Position numbers and translations under genes: made by a program. Positions 45,210-55,608 of a stretch of 58,822 nucleotides of DNA are shown in pieces. How positions within the stretch are numbered: position 1 is the first letter of the stretch; each line of letters opens with the position of its first letter. Source of the DNA: Candidatus Omnitrophota bacterium (GTDB lineage Bacteria; Omnitrophota; Gorgyraeia; Duberdicusellales; 4484-171). The stretch covers positions 1 to 58,822 of the forward strand of contig JAHISK010000130.1 of NCBI GenBank assembly GCA_018818105.1, in the 5' to 3' direction. The notes beneath the pieces are model-generated. The model saw only the letters and a list, made by a program, of their open reading frames with translations, did not search any database and was not told the DNA's origin.

Positions 45210-47252
45210 CTACCCCACAACAAAACTAAGTTTGACCCCCCTCTTTATATCTTTAATTATAAAAAGAACTATTATCTGCTGATACACCTTCTCAAATCCT
45301 GATTCAGAAGAAGAAACCGAATATAGCGGCGCGGTATAAATATCAGCTTTATCAAATTTAAAGTTTAAAGTTATATCTTTATAATGATCGTCTATTTCAA
45401 AAGAAGAAATATCTTTAGTTACTGTCGGAGCCATCAAAGAAGTTTGCCCATTTTTTTCTTTTTTAAAAATATCTTTTGGCGATTCAAGGGCCAAATTAAA
45501 TTCTATACCAAAATTATGATTATTTAAACCTTTTTTTTCATTTTTTCCAAAAAATTTATATTCAGCGTCAAACCCACATCGAGAAGAAAACTTTACAATT
45601 TTTGAAAAGTCGATAGTTTGATCCTGATAAGACCAATCTAAAATAATTTCTTTTTTACTTTTTCTGACATTCAAATCATAAAGACTATTACTAAAAGTTG
45701 ATATACCTTTTTGTCCCACCAAATCTTCTACAGTTAAATCTTTACTTAAAAGATGATCTAACAAACAAAGACGCTCGTATTTATCATAGCTCAAAAACCG
45801 CCGTAAATTATCCTCTTTAGACGTAACTATATCATGAATTGTACTAACACACCCTTTATGAGCAACTTTATCGGTAATCTTTCTATGATATGATTCAACT
45901 CTGCGTGTAATAGTATTAACCAAATTAAGCGCGGGTTTACGCAAACTCAACTCTGCCAGACTGCCGCCCCTACAAGAAAAACAACAAATAATTTTACGAT
46001 TTTTCAGCAAAACTTCTTCTACTCCATCAAAATCAAAATCTCTTCGTTCCACACAAATTTCGCTTTTCGTAAACTTCTTATCAAACAAATTTTCAGCTGT
46101 AATCAATTTTTCATAAATTGACGCTCTTATATGCCCTAAATAAAACCCTCCAAAAACACCATGCCAATACCCGCAATTAGTCTGAGCCTTCCATAAATTC
46201 AAAAACATATCTTTATCTTTATTAAAATCTGTATGTTTATTTATTTTCTCACTCACCGACAGCATTCTTTTATGCATATAATTAAGCCTATTATATTTTT
46301 TGTAAAAGTTACGAAAAAATCCGCCCCTAACAAAATCTTTGAACTTATGATACTTATGATGCGATTTTAAAAAGTTATTTAAATCCTCAAAGACAGAAAA
46401 ATCCCCGGGTTCCAACACCCACTCGCCCATCTCTTCATAGGAAGCTGTAGGCAAATATATAAGCCCGCGAGAAGAAAACTTCTCTAACGCCTTCGCGGGA
46501 GTAATCGTTTCAATAGAAGTTGATTCCCGCAAAAGAGAAAAGAATTTATGAAGCCACCCCTTTTCATAAACCCAATCAAAAGTATGCGGCCACATGCCAA
46601 ACTTTTCTCCATCATCAAAAAGAGTGACTAATACATCTCCTTCTTTTTTAAAACTGTTAAGAAGATCTATTGCTTCAGAGGCTTGCGAAAATGGAATTTT
46701 ATACCTTAACGATTTACTAATAGGGAACACAGAAATCGGTTTAGCCTGATCTTCAGTGGTATAATATCCGAAAAATTCTTCTTTATTACATCCGGCATAA
46801 CGAAAATGCGTATCATCAAGAAATGTGTATTTCAAACCGCAACTATTAATAATCCCCGCTAAATTTGGTTCCCATACCCTCTCTGCTAACCAAAAACCGC
46901 CAGGCTTAAGATTAAACTTTTTCTCAATAAAATCATTCATTAACCTCACTTGGCCTACTTTATCTTTATCATTAATCAACGGCAAAATCGGTTCATAATA
47001 CCCTCCGCTAATGACTTCAACCTGCCCATTCTTAACTAATTCATTAAGAATGGTTAGATACTCTTTACCATTATCCTTCATCCAGTCATAAAGAGGCCCG
47101 CTTGTGTGAATACTACATTTTATTTTAGGAAACTGCGCTAACATCGATAAAAAAGGCAAGTAGCAAGTTTTATAAGCTTGCTGAAAAACATGCTCAAAAT
47201 TACCTACCGGCTGATGATTATGTACCCCAAATAAAAAATATACTTTACCCAT
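45210..47252 (-). CDS. GH57 alpha-amylase/4-alpha-glucanotransferase (DUF1925/DUF1926 type)
   Basis: HNHQPVGNF, GGYYEPIL, WLAERVWEP, DDGEKFG.WP, SYEEMGEW, WHGVFGG.Y. Confidence 0.93.
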   Translation of the reverse strand: MGKVYFLFGVHNHQPVGNFEHVFQQAYKTCYLPFLSMLAQFPKIKCSIHTSGPLYDWMKDNGKEYLTILNELVKNGQVEVISGGYYEPILPLINDKDKVGQVRLMNDFIEKKFNLKPGGFWLAERVWEPNLAGIINSCGLKYTFLDDTHFRYAGCNKEEFFGYYTTEDQAKPISVFPISKSLRYKIPFSQASEAIDLLNSFKKEGDVLVTLFDDGEKFGMWPHTFDWVYEKGWLHKFFSLLRESTSIETITPAKALEKFSSRGLIYLPTASYEEMGEWVLEPGDFSVFEDLNNFLKSHHKYHKFKDFVRGGFFRNFYKKYNRLNYMHKRMLSVSEKINKHTDFNKDKDMFLNLWKAQTNCGYWHGVFGGFYLGHIRASIYEKLITAENLFDKKFTKSEICVERRDFDFDGVEEVLLKNRKIICCFSCRGGSLAELSLRKPALNLVNTITRRVESYHRKITDKVAHKGCVSTIHDIVTSKEDNLRRFLSYDKYERLCLLDHLLSKDLTVEDLVGQKGISTFSNSLYDLNVRKSKKEIILDWSYQDQTIDFSKIVKFSSRCGFDAEYKFFGKNEKKGLNNHNFGIEFNLALESPKDIFKKEKNGQTSLMAPTVTKDISSFEIDDHYKDITLNFKFDKADIYTAPLYSVSSSESGFEKVYQQIIVLFIIKDIKRGVKLSFVVG

Positions 47253-47313
47253 TTTTAAATTTATTACGGGCGCGCCCCTACCTTTTTATACGATAAATAA
47301 CCTTTGGCATAAT

Positions 47314-47494
47314 TAAAGAGATAACAAAAATCTCTTTTGCGCGCGTCTTGATGTCCGGATGGAGAACCGCGAGTGAAGCCGATTTTATCGGCTGAACCGC
47401 GAGCTCTTTTGCTTTGATTATTATGTTTATTCATTATCAATACGGTTTTAGGACTCATACGCGAAGCAAAAGGGCTATTTTTGTTATCTCTTTA
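47314..47494. mobile_element. 181-bp MITE-like element with perfect 18-bp TIRs
   Basis: TAAAGAGATAACAAAAAT ... ATTTTTGTTATCTCTTTA; internal AGCCGAT-TTT-ATCGGCT hairpin between GAACCGCGAG direct repeats. Confidence 0.8.
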
Positions 47495-47524
47495 CCACCA
47501 CTAAATGAAAAACACACCCATCCC

Positions 47525-49120
47525 CTACCTTTTCGCATTTATGCACGCAGGGACTTTCTTGCCTAACAACACGTATACCTTTTCTATATACTTAAAAAAT
47601 ATATTTTTAAACTCCCCGCTCGTATCATAAAAAGTATTCCACCAGTACCAATCACTTCCCTCCAATAAATACAGATATTTTTTTACTTCTTCCCTCTTTG
47701 CGCCAGTTATTTCACTTTTTTCTATCGCGTCTTTAAGACGCCTTAAAATATTCCAATAAAAATTATTCTTTTCTGATCCAACCCAAACCCCAAAATCACC
47801 GTTAATCCAAGAACCGCTTGCTACTCGCTCTAGCTTTCTACTACGATTACTTTTTAAAAACTCAGACGGCGTAGTAGTCTCTAAACTACCGCTTTTATTT
47901 AACTCTGTATATACTGCCTCCAGGAAATCAACCCCATTATTATTATAGTATTCCCAAGCATTTTCACCATCCATAATAATGGTAATCGCTCTTTCTTTAG
48001 AAATATCCTTAATATAGCTATGTGTCCGTTTAAAATGAGCCAGTAAATCCGCGGCGGCAAACGCGGCATCATCCCACCCCTGATAAATAAAGCTTATCGT
48101 GTCAGATAAATTCCTATCCCGAAAAAACATATTTACTCCCCGAAATTTATAAGGCTGATAAATAAGCTGCCGTTGTTTTTTGATCATATCATAAGAAACA
48201 TAATCTGTGGTAAGACTTTTAAAAAGAATCTCCTCATCAGCCCCTATCCATTTAAATCCCTCATCTTTATAGATAGAAATTATATCTTCAGAAACGCTGC
48301 CTTCTGAAGGCCAGCTACCCTTAACATCGTATCCGAACACCTCTTTAAAAATAGTCTTTGCTTTTCTTAAGTGCCAAGAACAATCTTCGGGCGCCGAAAA
48401 CCTTAACGAAGGCTTCTTTAAATAAGAAAAGTCCCGTAAAATATCCGTATCATAAATTAAAGGCATGATAGGATGATGATACGGCGTCACAATCAACTCA
48501 ATTTTATCTTGTTTTACTAACTCTTTATACAACGGGAAAATTAGCGAAATAATTTCGTATTGTTTTTTTATAACATATTCCTTATCATCTCTATTATACT
48601 GCTTACCTTTAGCTATAATCTCCCTTAAATTCTTATCTTCCTTTATAGTATAAGGGTGAAACCAACAAAGGTTAAATAAAACCTGCAAATCCTTAATATC
48701 CTGGCTGCTAAATTTGTCAGGATGAGATTGTTTCTTATCATAAAGATGACTAAATCTAGTATTTGGCCTAATAAATCTTTCAAAATTTACTGAAAAAAAT
48801 CTGTTTATGATAAATTCTTTTTCTTTACTATCAAGATCAGAAGCCTTTTTTAAAGTAAGATTTACATAATCATCCTTTGCCCCTCTTTGAGCATAATCAA
48901 ATAGCTGATCCAACAACACTCCGCTAAAATTAAATGTCGCTTTAGCCTTACCGCATTTCTGAATAATCCTAGCCATACCGTAATAATCTTTCACGGCGTG
49001 AAGCCTAACCCAAGGTAAAATATACCCCTCTCTATCAGGATGCTTATAGCAAGGCTGATGCATATGCCAAATAAAAATTACTTTTGTGGATAAAGACAAA
49101 CCGGTTTCTGTTTTATTCAC
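47525..49120 (-). CDS. GH57 amylopullulanase-like glycoside hydrolase
   Basis: WHMHQP, LPWVRLHAVKDY, HPIMPL, WPSEGSVS, DGENAWEYY, EGSDWYWW. Confidence 0.92.
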   Translation of the reverse strand: MNKTETGLSLSTKVIFIWHMHQPCYKHPDREGYILPWVRLHAVKDYYGMARIIQKCGKAKATFNFSGVLLDQLFDYAQRGAKDDYVNLTLKKASDLDSKEKEFIINRFFSVNFERFIRPNTRFSHLYDKKQSHPDKFSSQDIKDLQVLFNLCWFHPYTIKEDKNLREIIAKGKQYNRDDKEYVIKKQYEIISLIFPLYKELVKQDKIELIVTPYHHPIMPLIYDTDILRDFSYLKKPSLRFSAPEDCSWHLRKAKTIFKEVFGYDVKGSWPSEGSVSEDIISIYKDEGFKWIGADEEILFKSLTTDYVSYDMIKKQRQLIYQPYKFRGVNMFFRDRNLSDTISFIYQGWDDAAFAAADLLAHFKRTHSYIKDISKERAITIIMDGENAWEYYNNNGVDFLEAVYTELNKSGSLETTTPSEFLKSNRSRKLERVASGSWINGDFGVWVGSEKNNFYWNILRRLKDAIEKSEITGAKREEVKKYLYLLEGSDWYWWNTFYDTSGEFKNIFFKYIEKVYVLLGKKVPACINAKR

Positions 49121-49332
49121 TATATTGTCTAAAGTCTCCTAAAATCCCAAATAACAATTTCCAAATTCCAATCATCAATAACCAATTACCAAACTTACAA
49201 TTTATTCTTAATTTCATTGAATTCTTTGGTTATTTGAATTTGGTTATTGGTCATTGTTTGGTTATTGTTTCTTGTATCTTGGTTATTTCTTCCTTATTAA
49301 TCATTATTTGATGCTTGGAATTTGTTATTTTA
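49121..49332. repeat. Heptamer hairpin (taaccaa/ttggtta type) with a degenerate TATTGTC left end
   Basis: caaataacaatttccaaattccaat... / ttggttattggtcattgtttggttattgtttcttgtatcttggttatt. Confidence 0.75.
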
Positions 49333-49334
49333 CT

Positions 49335-49550
49335 CTATTTGCCGTAGTCTCCTTTTCGGCGAAGTATATCCTTCAATTCTTCCATCGATTCAGCCGCTTT
49401 ACAAATATTACGCTCAATATCTTTTAAGGCGTCATTTATATCGCTTCGGCTGGTTAAAGATACCTCTCTGTACTTTAATGTGCCGGCTATAACATTAACC
49501 GAATTTAGATAATTAAAAATATCATGAAATAAATCAGGTATCTCTGACAT
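49335..49550 (-). CDS. Small stand-alone HisKA/DHp-like protein
   Basis: H-box-like LFHDIFNYL in a two-helix 71-aa protein; overlaps the response regulator stop. Confidence 0.55.
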   Translation of the reverse strand: MSEIPDLFHDIFNYLNSVNVIAGTLKYREVSLTSRSDINDALKDIERNICKAAESMEELKDILRRKGDYGK

Positions 49551-50394
49551 AAAGTTTATTTTTTACGCATATCGCTTTCATGCTATTATTTACCTGCTCC
49601 AACATTACTTTATATGATGACTCCGCCCCGCTGACCCAAAGCGCGGAATTAACAATAATGCCTCTTTTTAACATTACATCCAGCTCATCCCATTGCTCAG
49701 CCGGCTCGCCAAAAGTAATTATTTCACAGGGAGAATTTTTAAAATTCATCATTTCAAATGAAAACTCGCCGAATATTTTAGTTATATCTACGTCAACAAG
49801 TATAATATTGGCGATAAAATCACCGTCAAATATTTTCTCTTTAATATCGATACTGCTTATTTGATACAGTCCTTTACAATAATCAAAATTCAAGAAATAA
49901 CCCAACAGCAATTCGCGAATCGCCGGCCGGGGTTCAATAAGAAGAATATCCGCTTTAGGAATAATATCCTCGGCGAAAACCACAGCGTCATCGGTTAAAT
50001 TCCCGCTGACGCCGGGAATACGGCTTGAATGGTCAAATAAAAGATTTTCAATCTTAGCCTTAACAGCTTCAATTAATATCGGTTTGGAAAAATACGCTTC
50101 ACAGCCAACCTTCATAATTTTCTGTTTATACTCACTTCCGTATCCGGTAATTACGATTACTTTTATCAGGGGATAGTCACGGCGAAAAGTCTTTAAAACT
50201 TCCAAACCGTTCATCCCTAAAAGCCGCATATCCAACAGCACAAGATTGATGCTTTCTTTTTCGATAATCCGTAAAGCGCTTCCGCTGTCAAATGATTTAA
50301 ACACCTCATAACCTTTAAGGCGCAACATTCCCGCTAAAAAATCCACAGTTATTTTTTCATCATCAACGATTAATATCTTCTGAACCACAACCAC
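49534..50394 (-). CDS. Response regulator with a second degenerate receiver-like domain
   Basis: ILIVDDE, LVLLDMRL.GMNG, VITGY, SKP; C-terminal ILLIEP...ILVDVD. Confidence 0.8.
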   Translation of the reverse strand: MVVVQKILIVDDEKITVDFLAGMLRLKGYEVFKSFDSGSALRIIEKESINLVLLDMRLLGMNGLEVLKTFRRDYPLIKVIVITGYGSEYKQKIMKVGCEAYFSKPILIEAVKAKIENLLFDHSSRIPGVSGNLTDDAVVFAEDIIPKADILLIEPRPAIRELLLGYFLNFDYCKGLYQISSIDIKEKIFDGDFIANIILVDVDITKIFGEFSFEMMNFKNSPCEIITFGEPAEQWDELDVMLKRGIIVNSALWVSGAESSYKVMLEQVNNSMKAICVKNKLYVRDT

Positions 50395-50404
50395 CCCCTT
50401 TTAT

Positions 50405-50579
50405 AAATTCCAAATAACAATTTCCAAATCCCAAATAATTTTCAATTACCAAAATTCAAAACAATATAGAAAACATTTATGTTTTGGTCATTTTAAATTT
50501 GGAATTTGGCGCTTGAAATTTGTTATTTATTATTTTCATATGGTTCTTGTTATTTGTTATTTTCATACAAATTTTGATA
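50405..50579. repeat. Family A hairpin with a degenerate right end TTTTGATAT
   Basis: Similar to 28540-28640 and 58500-58614. Confidence 0.75.
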
Positions 50580-52250
50580 TTAGATTTCCTGGGTAACCCG
50601 AAAAATTTCCGACAAACTGGTTATTCCCTTAATCAGTTTATCCATACCGTCTTGGCGTAAAAGGGTTGCCCCCTCACTCACAATATATTCTCTAATTTCT
50701 CTGGAGGAACCTTTTTTATCAATTAGTTTTTTTACGCCGTCGTCGGGAATAAGAATTTCAAAAATACCCACGCGCCCAGAATAGCCGGTATCGCGGCATT
50801 GACGGCAACCAGTCTGACGGTAAAATTTGTAAGAAGCTTTCTTTTCTATTTTTAATTCATCCAGCACTTCCTTATCAGGCTTATACTGCTCCTTGCACTG
50901 CGCGCATAAAACTCTTACCAGGCGCTGAGCAACTATACAGATTACCGATGATGAAACCAAAAAAGGCTCTATCCCCATATCTACCAGACGGGTAATGCCT
51001 GAAGCAGCATCATTAGTATGCAATGTGGAAAAAACTAAATGTCCCGTTAGCGCGGCATGAATAGCAATTTCGGCAGTCTCGCGATCGCGAATCTCTCCAA
51101 TCATAATTACATCCGGATCCTGGCGCACAATAGAACGCAGTCCCGAAGCAAAAGTAAGCCCTGCCTTAACATTCACCTGAGACTGACGCGCCCGTTTAAT
51201 CTCATACTCTATAGGATCCTCCATTGTGATAACATTTTTCTCAACGGCATTAATTTTATTAAGAGCGGCATAAAGAGTAGTCGATTTACCGGAACCAGTC
51301 GGCCCGGTCACCAAAATGATTCCATGCGGTTTATGAATAATCTGCTCAAATACCGGCAAATCTCCATCGGATAAACCTAAATCTTCCAAACAAAAAAGGA
51401 GCCGCGTTTTATCGAGAATCCTTATAACTAAATTCTCTCCGTACATAGTAGGAAACGTTGAGATTCTTAAATCCACGTTTTTACCATCTATATGCGTTTG
51501 AATTCTACCGTCCTGAGGCAGGCGTTTTTCCGCGATATCCATACTTGCCATAATTTTTATACGCGAAATTATTGCCGCTTCATACTTTTTAGGAAGCCGC
51601 GGCATATCATGCAAAATGCCGTCTATCCGCAACCGGCAGTAAAAATGCGGTCCTTGCGGCTCCAAATGGATGTCGCTCGCTCTCATCTCCACCGCCGTAG
51701 AAATCAGATTATCAACAATGCTGACTACCGGCGCCAAACTGGCCACCCGCGCGGAATCCAAGCCGGTTATCTCTATGTCTTCTATCTCTGAAAGAATCGG
51801 CATAAACTCTGTCTTGCGATACTCTTCTTCGATACGCTTACTTATCCGCGAAGGAACGGCAAAAACAGGCCGAATCCGCTGATTTATTAATTTCTGGATT
51901 TCATCAATCGTGCCGAGGTCTAAAGGATTAAACATTGCTACTGTAAGTACATCCCCTCTTTTAAAAAGCGGCAAAACCTGATATTTTACGGCTAAATCAA
52001 AAGGCAAAGATTTAATAATCTGAGGTTCTAAGTTATAGTTTTCTAAATCCACATAGGCAAATCCCAGTTGTTCGCTTAAACTTTGCGCCACCTGCTCCTC
52101 AGAAGCGAATCCTTTTCTAACTAAAATCTCGCCTAAAAACTCGCCGGTTTCATGATGCTGCTTCAAAGCCTCATTTAACTGACTGCTGGTGATTAACTTT
52201 TTATTAACTAATAATTCGCCTAACCGCATTTCCGCCATTTTACACCTCAT
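50580..52250 (-). CDS. pilB: Type IV pilus/T2SS assembly ATPase PilB/GspE with an N-terminal MshEN-like region
   Basis: RLGELL, ASDIHLEP, RLPQDGR, GPTGSGKSTT, RQDPD..MIGEIRD, TGHLVFSTLHTN, Cys tetrad. Confidence 0.92.
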   Translation of the reverse strand: MRCKMAEMRLGELLVNKKLITSSQLNEALKQHHETGEFLGEILVRKGFASEEQVAQSLSEQLGFAYVDLENYNLEPQIIKSLPFDLAVKYQVLPLFKRGDVLTVAMFNPLDLGTIDEIQKLINQRIRPVFAVPSRISKRIEEEYRKTEFMPILSEIEDIEITGLDSARVASLAPVVSIVDNLISTAVEMRASDIHLEPQGPHFYCRLRIDGILHDMPRLPKKYEAAIISRIKIMASMDIAEKRLPQDGRIQTHIDGKNVDLRISTFPTMYGENLVIRILDKTRLLFCLEDLGLSDGDLPVFEQIIHKPHGIILVTGPTGSGKSTTLYAALNKINAVEKNVITMEDPIEYEIKRARQSQVNVKAGLTFASGLRSIVRQDPDVIMIGEIRDRETAEIAIHAALTGHLVFSTLHTNDAASGITRLVDMGIEPFLVSSSVICIVAQRLVRVLCAQCKEQYKPDKEVLDELKIEKKASYKFYRQTGCRQCRDTGYSGRVGIFEILIPDDGVKKLIDKKGSSREIREYIVSEGATLLRQDGMDKLIKGITSLSEIFRVTQEI

Positions 52251-52260
52251 ACTATTTTTG

Positions 52261-52714
52261 ATTCTGTCAGAAATTTAATCACCAATAACCAAGATACAAG
52301 ATACAAGATACAAACAAATTCCAAATTACAAGCACCAAATTACAAATAAATCTCAATACTCAATGATCAAAATTCCAAACAATACCAAAATACTGATAAA
52401 AGATACAAGTTACAAACAAACCCCATAAAAATATCAAAAATTAAAACGTAAATATCAAAACGACATATTAAAATGTAAATTTACGTCCGCCTTTTACTAC
52501 TCTCTTAACTTTGATTTTTTCATTGTCACTTCGCATTTTAATATTTAATCTTTAATTTTATTTTCTTCCTTAATTAAAACCAAAAATTCGTTTGGTGATT
52601 GTATCTTGTTCATTGGACTTTGTTTGTATCTTGTTTCTTGATGTTTGGTTATTTCTTTTTGATTGGTCATTATTTGATTATTGTTTCTTGTTTCTTGTTT
52701 CTTGAATCTTTTAA
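52261..52714. repeat. Nested composite of three repeat-hairpin families
   Basis: Outer agataca/tttcttg arms, a family A left arm, and an inner family B hairpin. Confidence 0.8.
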
Positions 52715-55045
52715 TTATCTTCTTTTCAATTCTCTCCACATTAAAGCGTTTATCCCCGTTTTACCCTTCCTGCCAAAAATAATCGTGCCCTTTTTAACGT
52801 TTATTTCAAACGGCGAAGAAGGCACTATTGTAACAGTTTCCGCCTCAGTATTAAACACGGTAATAACAGCTCTGCCCTCAGTCAACGTTATTAAGCCCTG
52901 CTGTAAAGAAACGCTATTGTTTTCTATATCTTCAACGAATTTGACATTAATTTCTAATCCGTCTTCGGAAGTAATAACGTTGCCAAACTCATCCACAATC
53001 TGAATTATAACTTCCCCGCTTCCAATAGGCGAAACAGTATCAATTACCTGAATATACGCTTCTTTAACTATAATATCCAGCGATTCCGCCGTTAATGACT
53101 CTTCGGCTTTAACCCCTACCGTGTATTTCCCCGCCTGAACAGGATTAGCCAAAAACTTATGACTACCGGCATCCTCATCGGTAAAAGTATATTCCCGCGT
53201 CAGTTCTAACCCGAATATAGCGCTTAATTCCACCGTTCCCGGATAATTAACAACAGGATTTCTCAAATAATCTTCTATCGTAACAATAATACCTACAGGC
53301 TCGCCGATATAAAAGAATTCACGGCCACCGGCCGGATGCTCCACGCTGACCGACACTCCTTGAGGTAAAAAATCAATTTCACCGCTAATTCCCTGCTTTG
53401 TAGAATCGTTTGAATCTTCCCCTCTTATTTTTATAGTACCGTAAAGATTAAAACTGACATTCACATCGGCAAAGCCGCTTTCAAATTCGCCGCCGGAAAC
53501 CACGGCGGGAGATAATATACCCACGGCAGCGCTTTGAGGAGAAACAGCCATAACGTACAAATTAACATCGCTGTTATAATTGGGCGTGACTACTCCATAA
53601 ACATTCTTCGCGCTAATAGAAAAAGAAAAAAGATCAGATATAATCTGCGAACTCTCTGTAGTTAAGTTAAAACCTGCCGGTAAAAATAGAATTCGCGGGC
53701 TAGTTCCGGTTTTAGAAGATTGGAGACTGTCTTCTACGGTAATCGTAATAGACCCGCAATCAGGATACGAAACGGATAGAGTTATTCTTCCTTTACTAAA
53801 TCCCAAAACATTATCAGGCAAAACCTTATATCCTCCGCTGGAAGGCGAAACATAATTAGTTTTAATAACCACGCTTCCCGAATAAAGCTCGTTAATACCT
53901 CCTTCTTCATCTTTAGCGGTAATATCAATAGCAAAATTCTGCCCGGCAATTTGCCGTAAAGACGCGGGTTCAACGTCAAAATAAGAAACTTGAGTAACAA
54001 TCTCCTGCTGTTGAGACGCGGTGATAATTCCCTGGTCAGGATATTCCGACACAGTAATAACAGGTTTGCCGGCGAGGGTATCTTTATAATAAAAAGCCGC
54101 CTGCTGACTGTCTTGGGAAATAACTATTTGTTCCACGTCTACCCAGAGATCACGGTTAAGGGAAAATTTTCCTTTTTCCGAGGTAGATTTTAGCTCCAGC
54201 GTTATATCAAAAACCGCTGTTTGCGGTTCTGAAAGAGAATTTTGAAGCTGCGCCGTAATCGGCCAGGATATTTGGTTAATCATCAGTTTTTGAGGAGACG
54301 AAATTACCGATATACGGTCAATATAACTAATGAAAAGATTATCGATATAAACGTCATCCGCCAAAGAGGAGCTGTAAGAACCGTAAAACTTCAAATCGCT
54401 CAATGAATTTATAGAACTGTCAATAAACTTCAGAGAAGTCTTAACAGGAAGAAACTGCGCGTCAGGAACTAACGTGTTAGTGAAATAAAAATCGTAGGTG
54501 TGAGTTTTAAAATCTAGTTTCATTGCCGCGTCATACCACTGACCGATAGAATAGGTTTTACCTGTATCCACCCATGACGTCTCGTCGCTAACTAAGATTT
54601 TTCCATCGTAAGCAAAACATACCGCGGCAATGCCTGAAGCGGGAACATTAGGATTTTGCGCTGAATTCGCCGGCCGAGCGGAAAAACGAATCCAGGTAGG
54701 CGTAAGTCCACCGTAAGAAGTAGAACGAGCGGCATTAACAACAGTAGAACTGCCTATAAGTTTTAGAGCTTGTCCCAAACCGCTGACAGTCACGCCTGAC
54801 TCAGTAATACCTCCCCCTTGCGAAACTGTCCAATACTCTATATCATTAATCGACGCTCCATCGGTAAAATCGTCAAAATTTTCAAAGTAACTATCCAACA
54901 CTGCCGCCTCCGCCGGCGCGCTAATACCAATCGCTGTCACAAAACATCCAAATATCAATAAAGACGCTGCCGCGTAATAGCGCCAGCGCCTGATTTCAAC
55001 GATTAAGGAATGAAGACAGCGATAAAAACTTATTTGCCTTAACAC
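52715..55045 (-). CDS. Large secreted/surface protein: N-terminal ConA/LamG-like domain plus repeated Ig-like beta-sandwich modules
   Basis: Signal-like hydrophobic segment ending AEA; FENFDD, GQWY...DF....YDFY, YIDNL; repeated G..F...ITA.D..G.....Y.G.V modules. Confidence 0.7.
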   Translation of the reverse strand: MLRQISFYRCLHSLIVEIRRWRYYAAASLLIFGCFVTAIGISAPAEAAVLDSYFENFDDFTDGASINDIEYWTVSQGGGITESGVTVSGLGQALKLIGSSTVVNAARSTSYGGLTPTWIRFSARPANSAQNPNVPASGIAAVCFAYDGKILVSDETSWVDTGKTYSIGQWYDAAMKLDFKTHTYDFYFTNTLVPDAQFLPVKTSLKFIDSSINSLSDLKFYGSYSSSLADDVYIDNLFISYIDRISVISSPQKLMINQISWPITAQLQNSLSEPQTAVFDITLELKSTSEKGKFSLNRDLWVDVEQIVISQDSQQAAFYYKDTLAGKPVITVSEYPDQGIITASQQQEIVTQVSYFDVEPASLRQIAGQNFAIDITAKDEEGGINELYSGSVVIKTNYVSPSSGGYKVLPDNVLGFSKGRITLSVSYPDCGSITITVEDSLQSSKTGTSPRILFLPAGFNLTTESSQIISDLFSFSISAKNVYGVVTPNYNSDVNLYVMAVSPQSAAVGILSPAVVSGGEFESGFADVNVSFNLYGTIKIRGEDSNDSTKQGISGEIDFLPQGVSVSVEHPAGGREFFYIGEPVGIIVTIEDYLRNPVVNYPGTVELSAIFGLELTREYTFTDEDAGSHKFLANPVQAGKYTVGVKAEESLTAESLDIIVKEAYIQVIDTVSPIGSGEVIIQIVDEFGNVITSEDGLEINVKFVEDIENNSVSLQQGLITLTEGRAVITVFNTEAETVTIVPSSPFEINVKKGTIIFGRKGKTGINALMWRELKRR

Positions 55046-55110
55046 AAAAAAACCTTTTAATCAAAATTTACATTTAGTATTACTATTGTCTCTTTCTTAC
55101 AAAGGTTGAA

Positions 55111-55242
55111 TAAAGAAATAACAAAAATAGTTCTTTTATTTCGCGTATGAATCCTAAAACCGTATTGGCAATTAAAAAGCGTAATAATCAAAGCAAAAGA
55201 TATAATTGTTAGATTGATAAAGAACTTTTCGTCATCTCTTTA
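55111..55242. mobile_element. Degenerate, internally deleted MITE copy, inverted relative to 47314
   Basis: 55111-55200 is the reverse complement of about 47405-47494; TIRs TAAAGAAATAACAAAAAT and TTTTCGTCATCTCTTTA. Confidence 0.75.
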
Positions 55243-55427
55243 CAACGCGAAGGGTTATACATGTTATCGCGACTTATTTAAGAAAAAACCTTACTATTTG
55301 TGTAGCTGTCCCCCAAATTACAAAATATTTTCTAAAACTTTTAAATATCTACTCATTCAAAATTTCCTCCCTCCTGGCTTGGATTTTATCATAGCCACAG
55401 ACAAAAATCAACACCAGAATTCAGTAT

Positions 55428-55456
55428 TGTAGGGACGAAACTGTATTTTCGCCCGT
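55428..55456. repeat. GTAG-type REP-like palindrome
   Basis: GTAGGGACGAAA-ctgta-TTTTCGCCC; a possible partner ending CCTAC near 55543. Confidence 0.5.
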
Positions 55457-55608
55457 AATCGTATTATTATTGTATATTTTATTTTGATTATTTTTTTGGT
55501 ATTTCTTAAATCCCGGCATGATAAAACCCCTTTCGCGCCTACGAAATATAGTCAACAATTTTTGTTTCCGCCTTCGCGAAAGACCCAAAAAGAAAAACCA
55601 CACACTTC

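Noticed and set aside
52545-52739. Short ORFs in repeat regions (also 26696, 28249, 47264, 49084, 55214, 55421, 55484)
   Set aside because: Mostly low-complexity translations of repeat arms, MITEs or REP-like sequence; no RBS or domain support.
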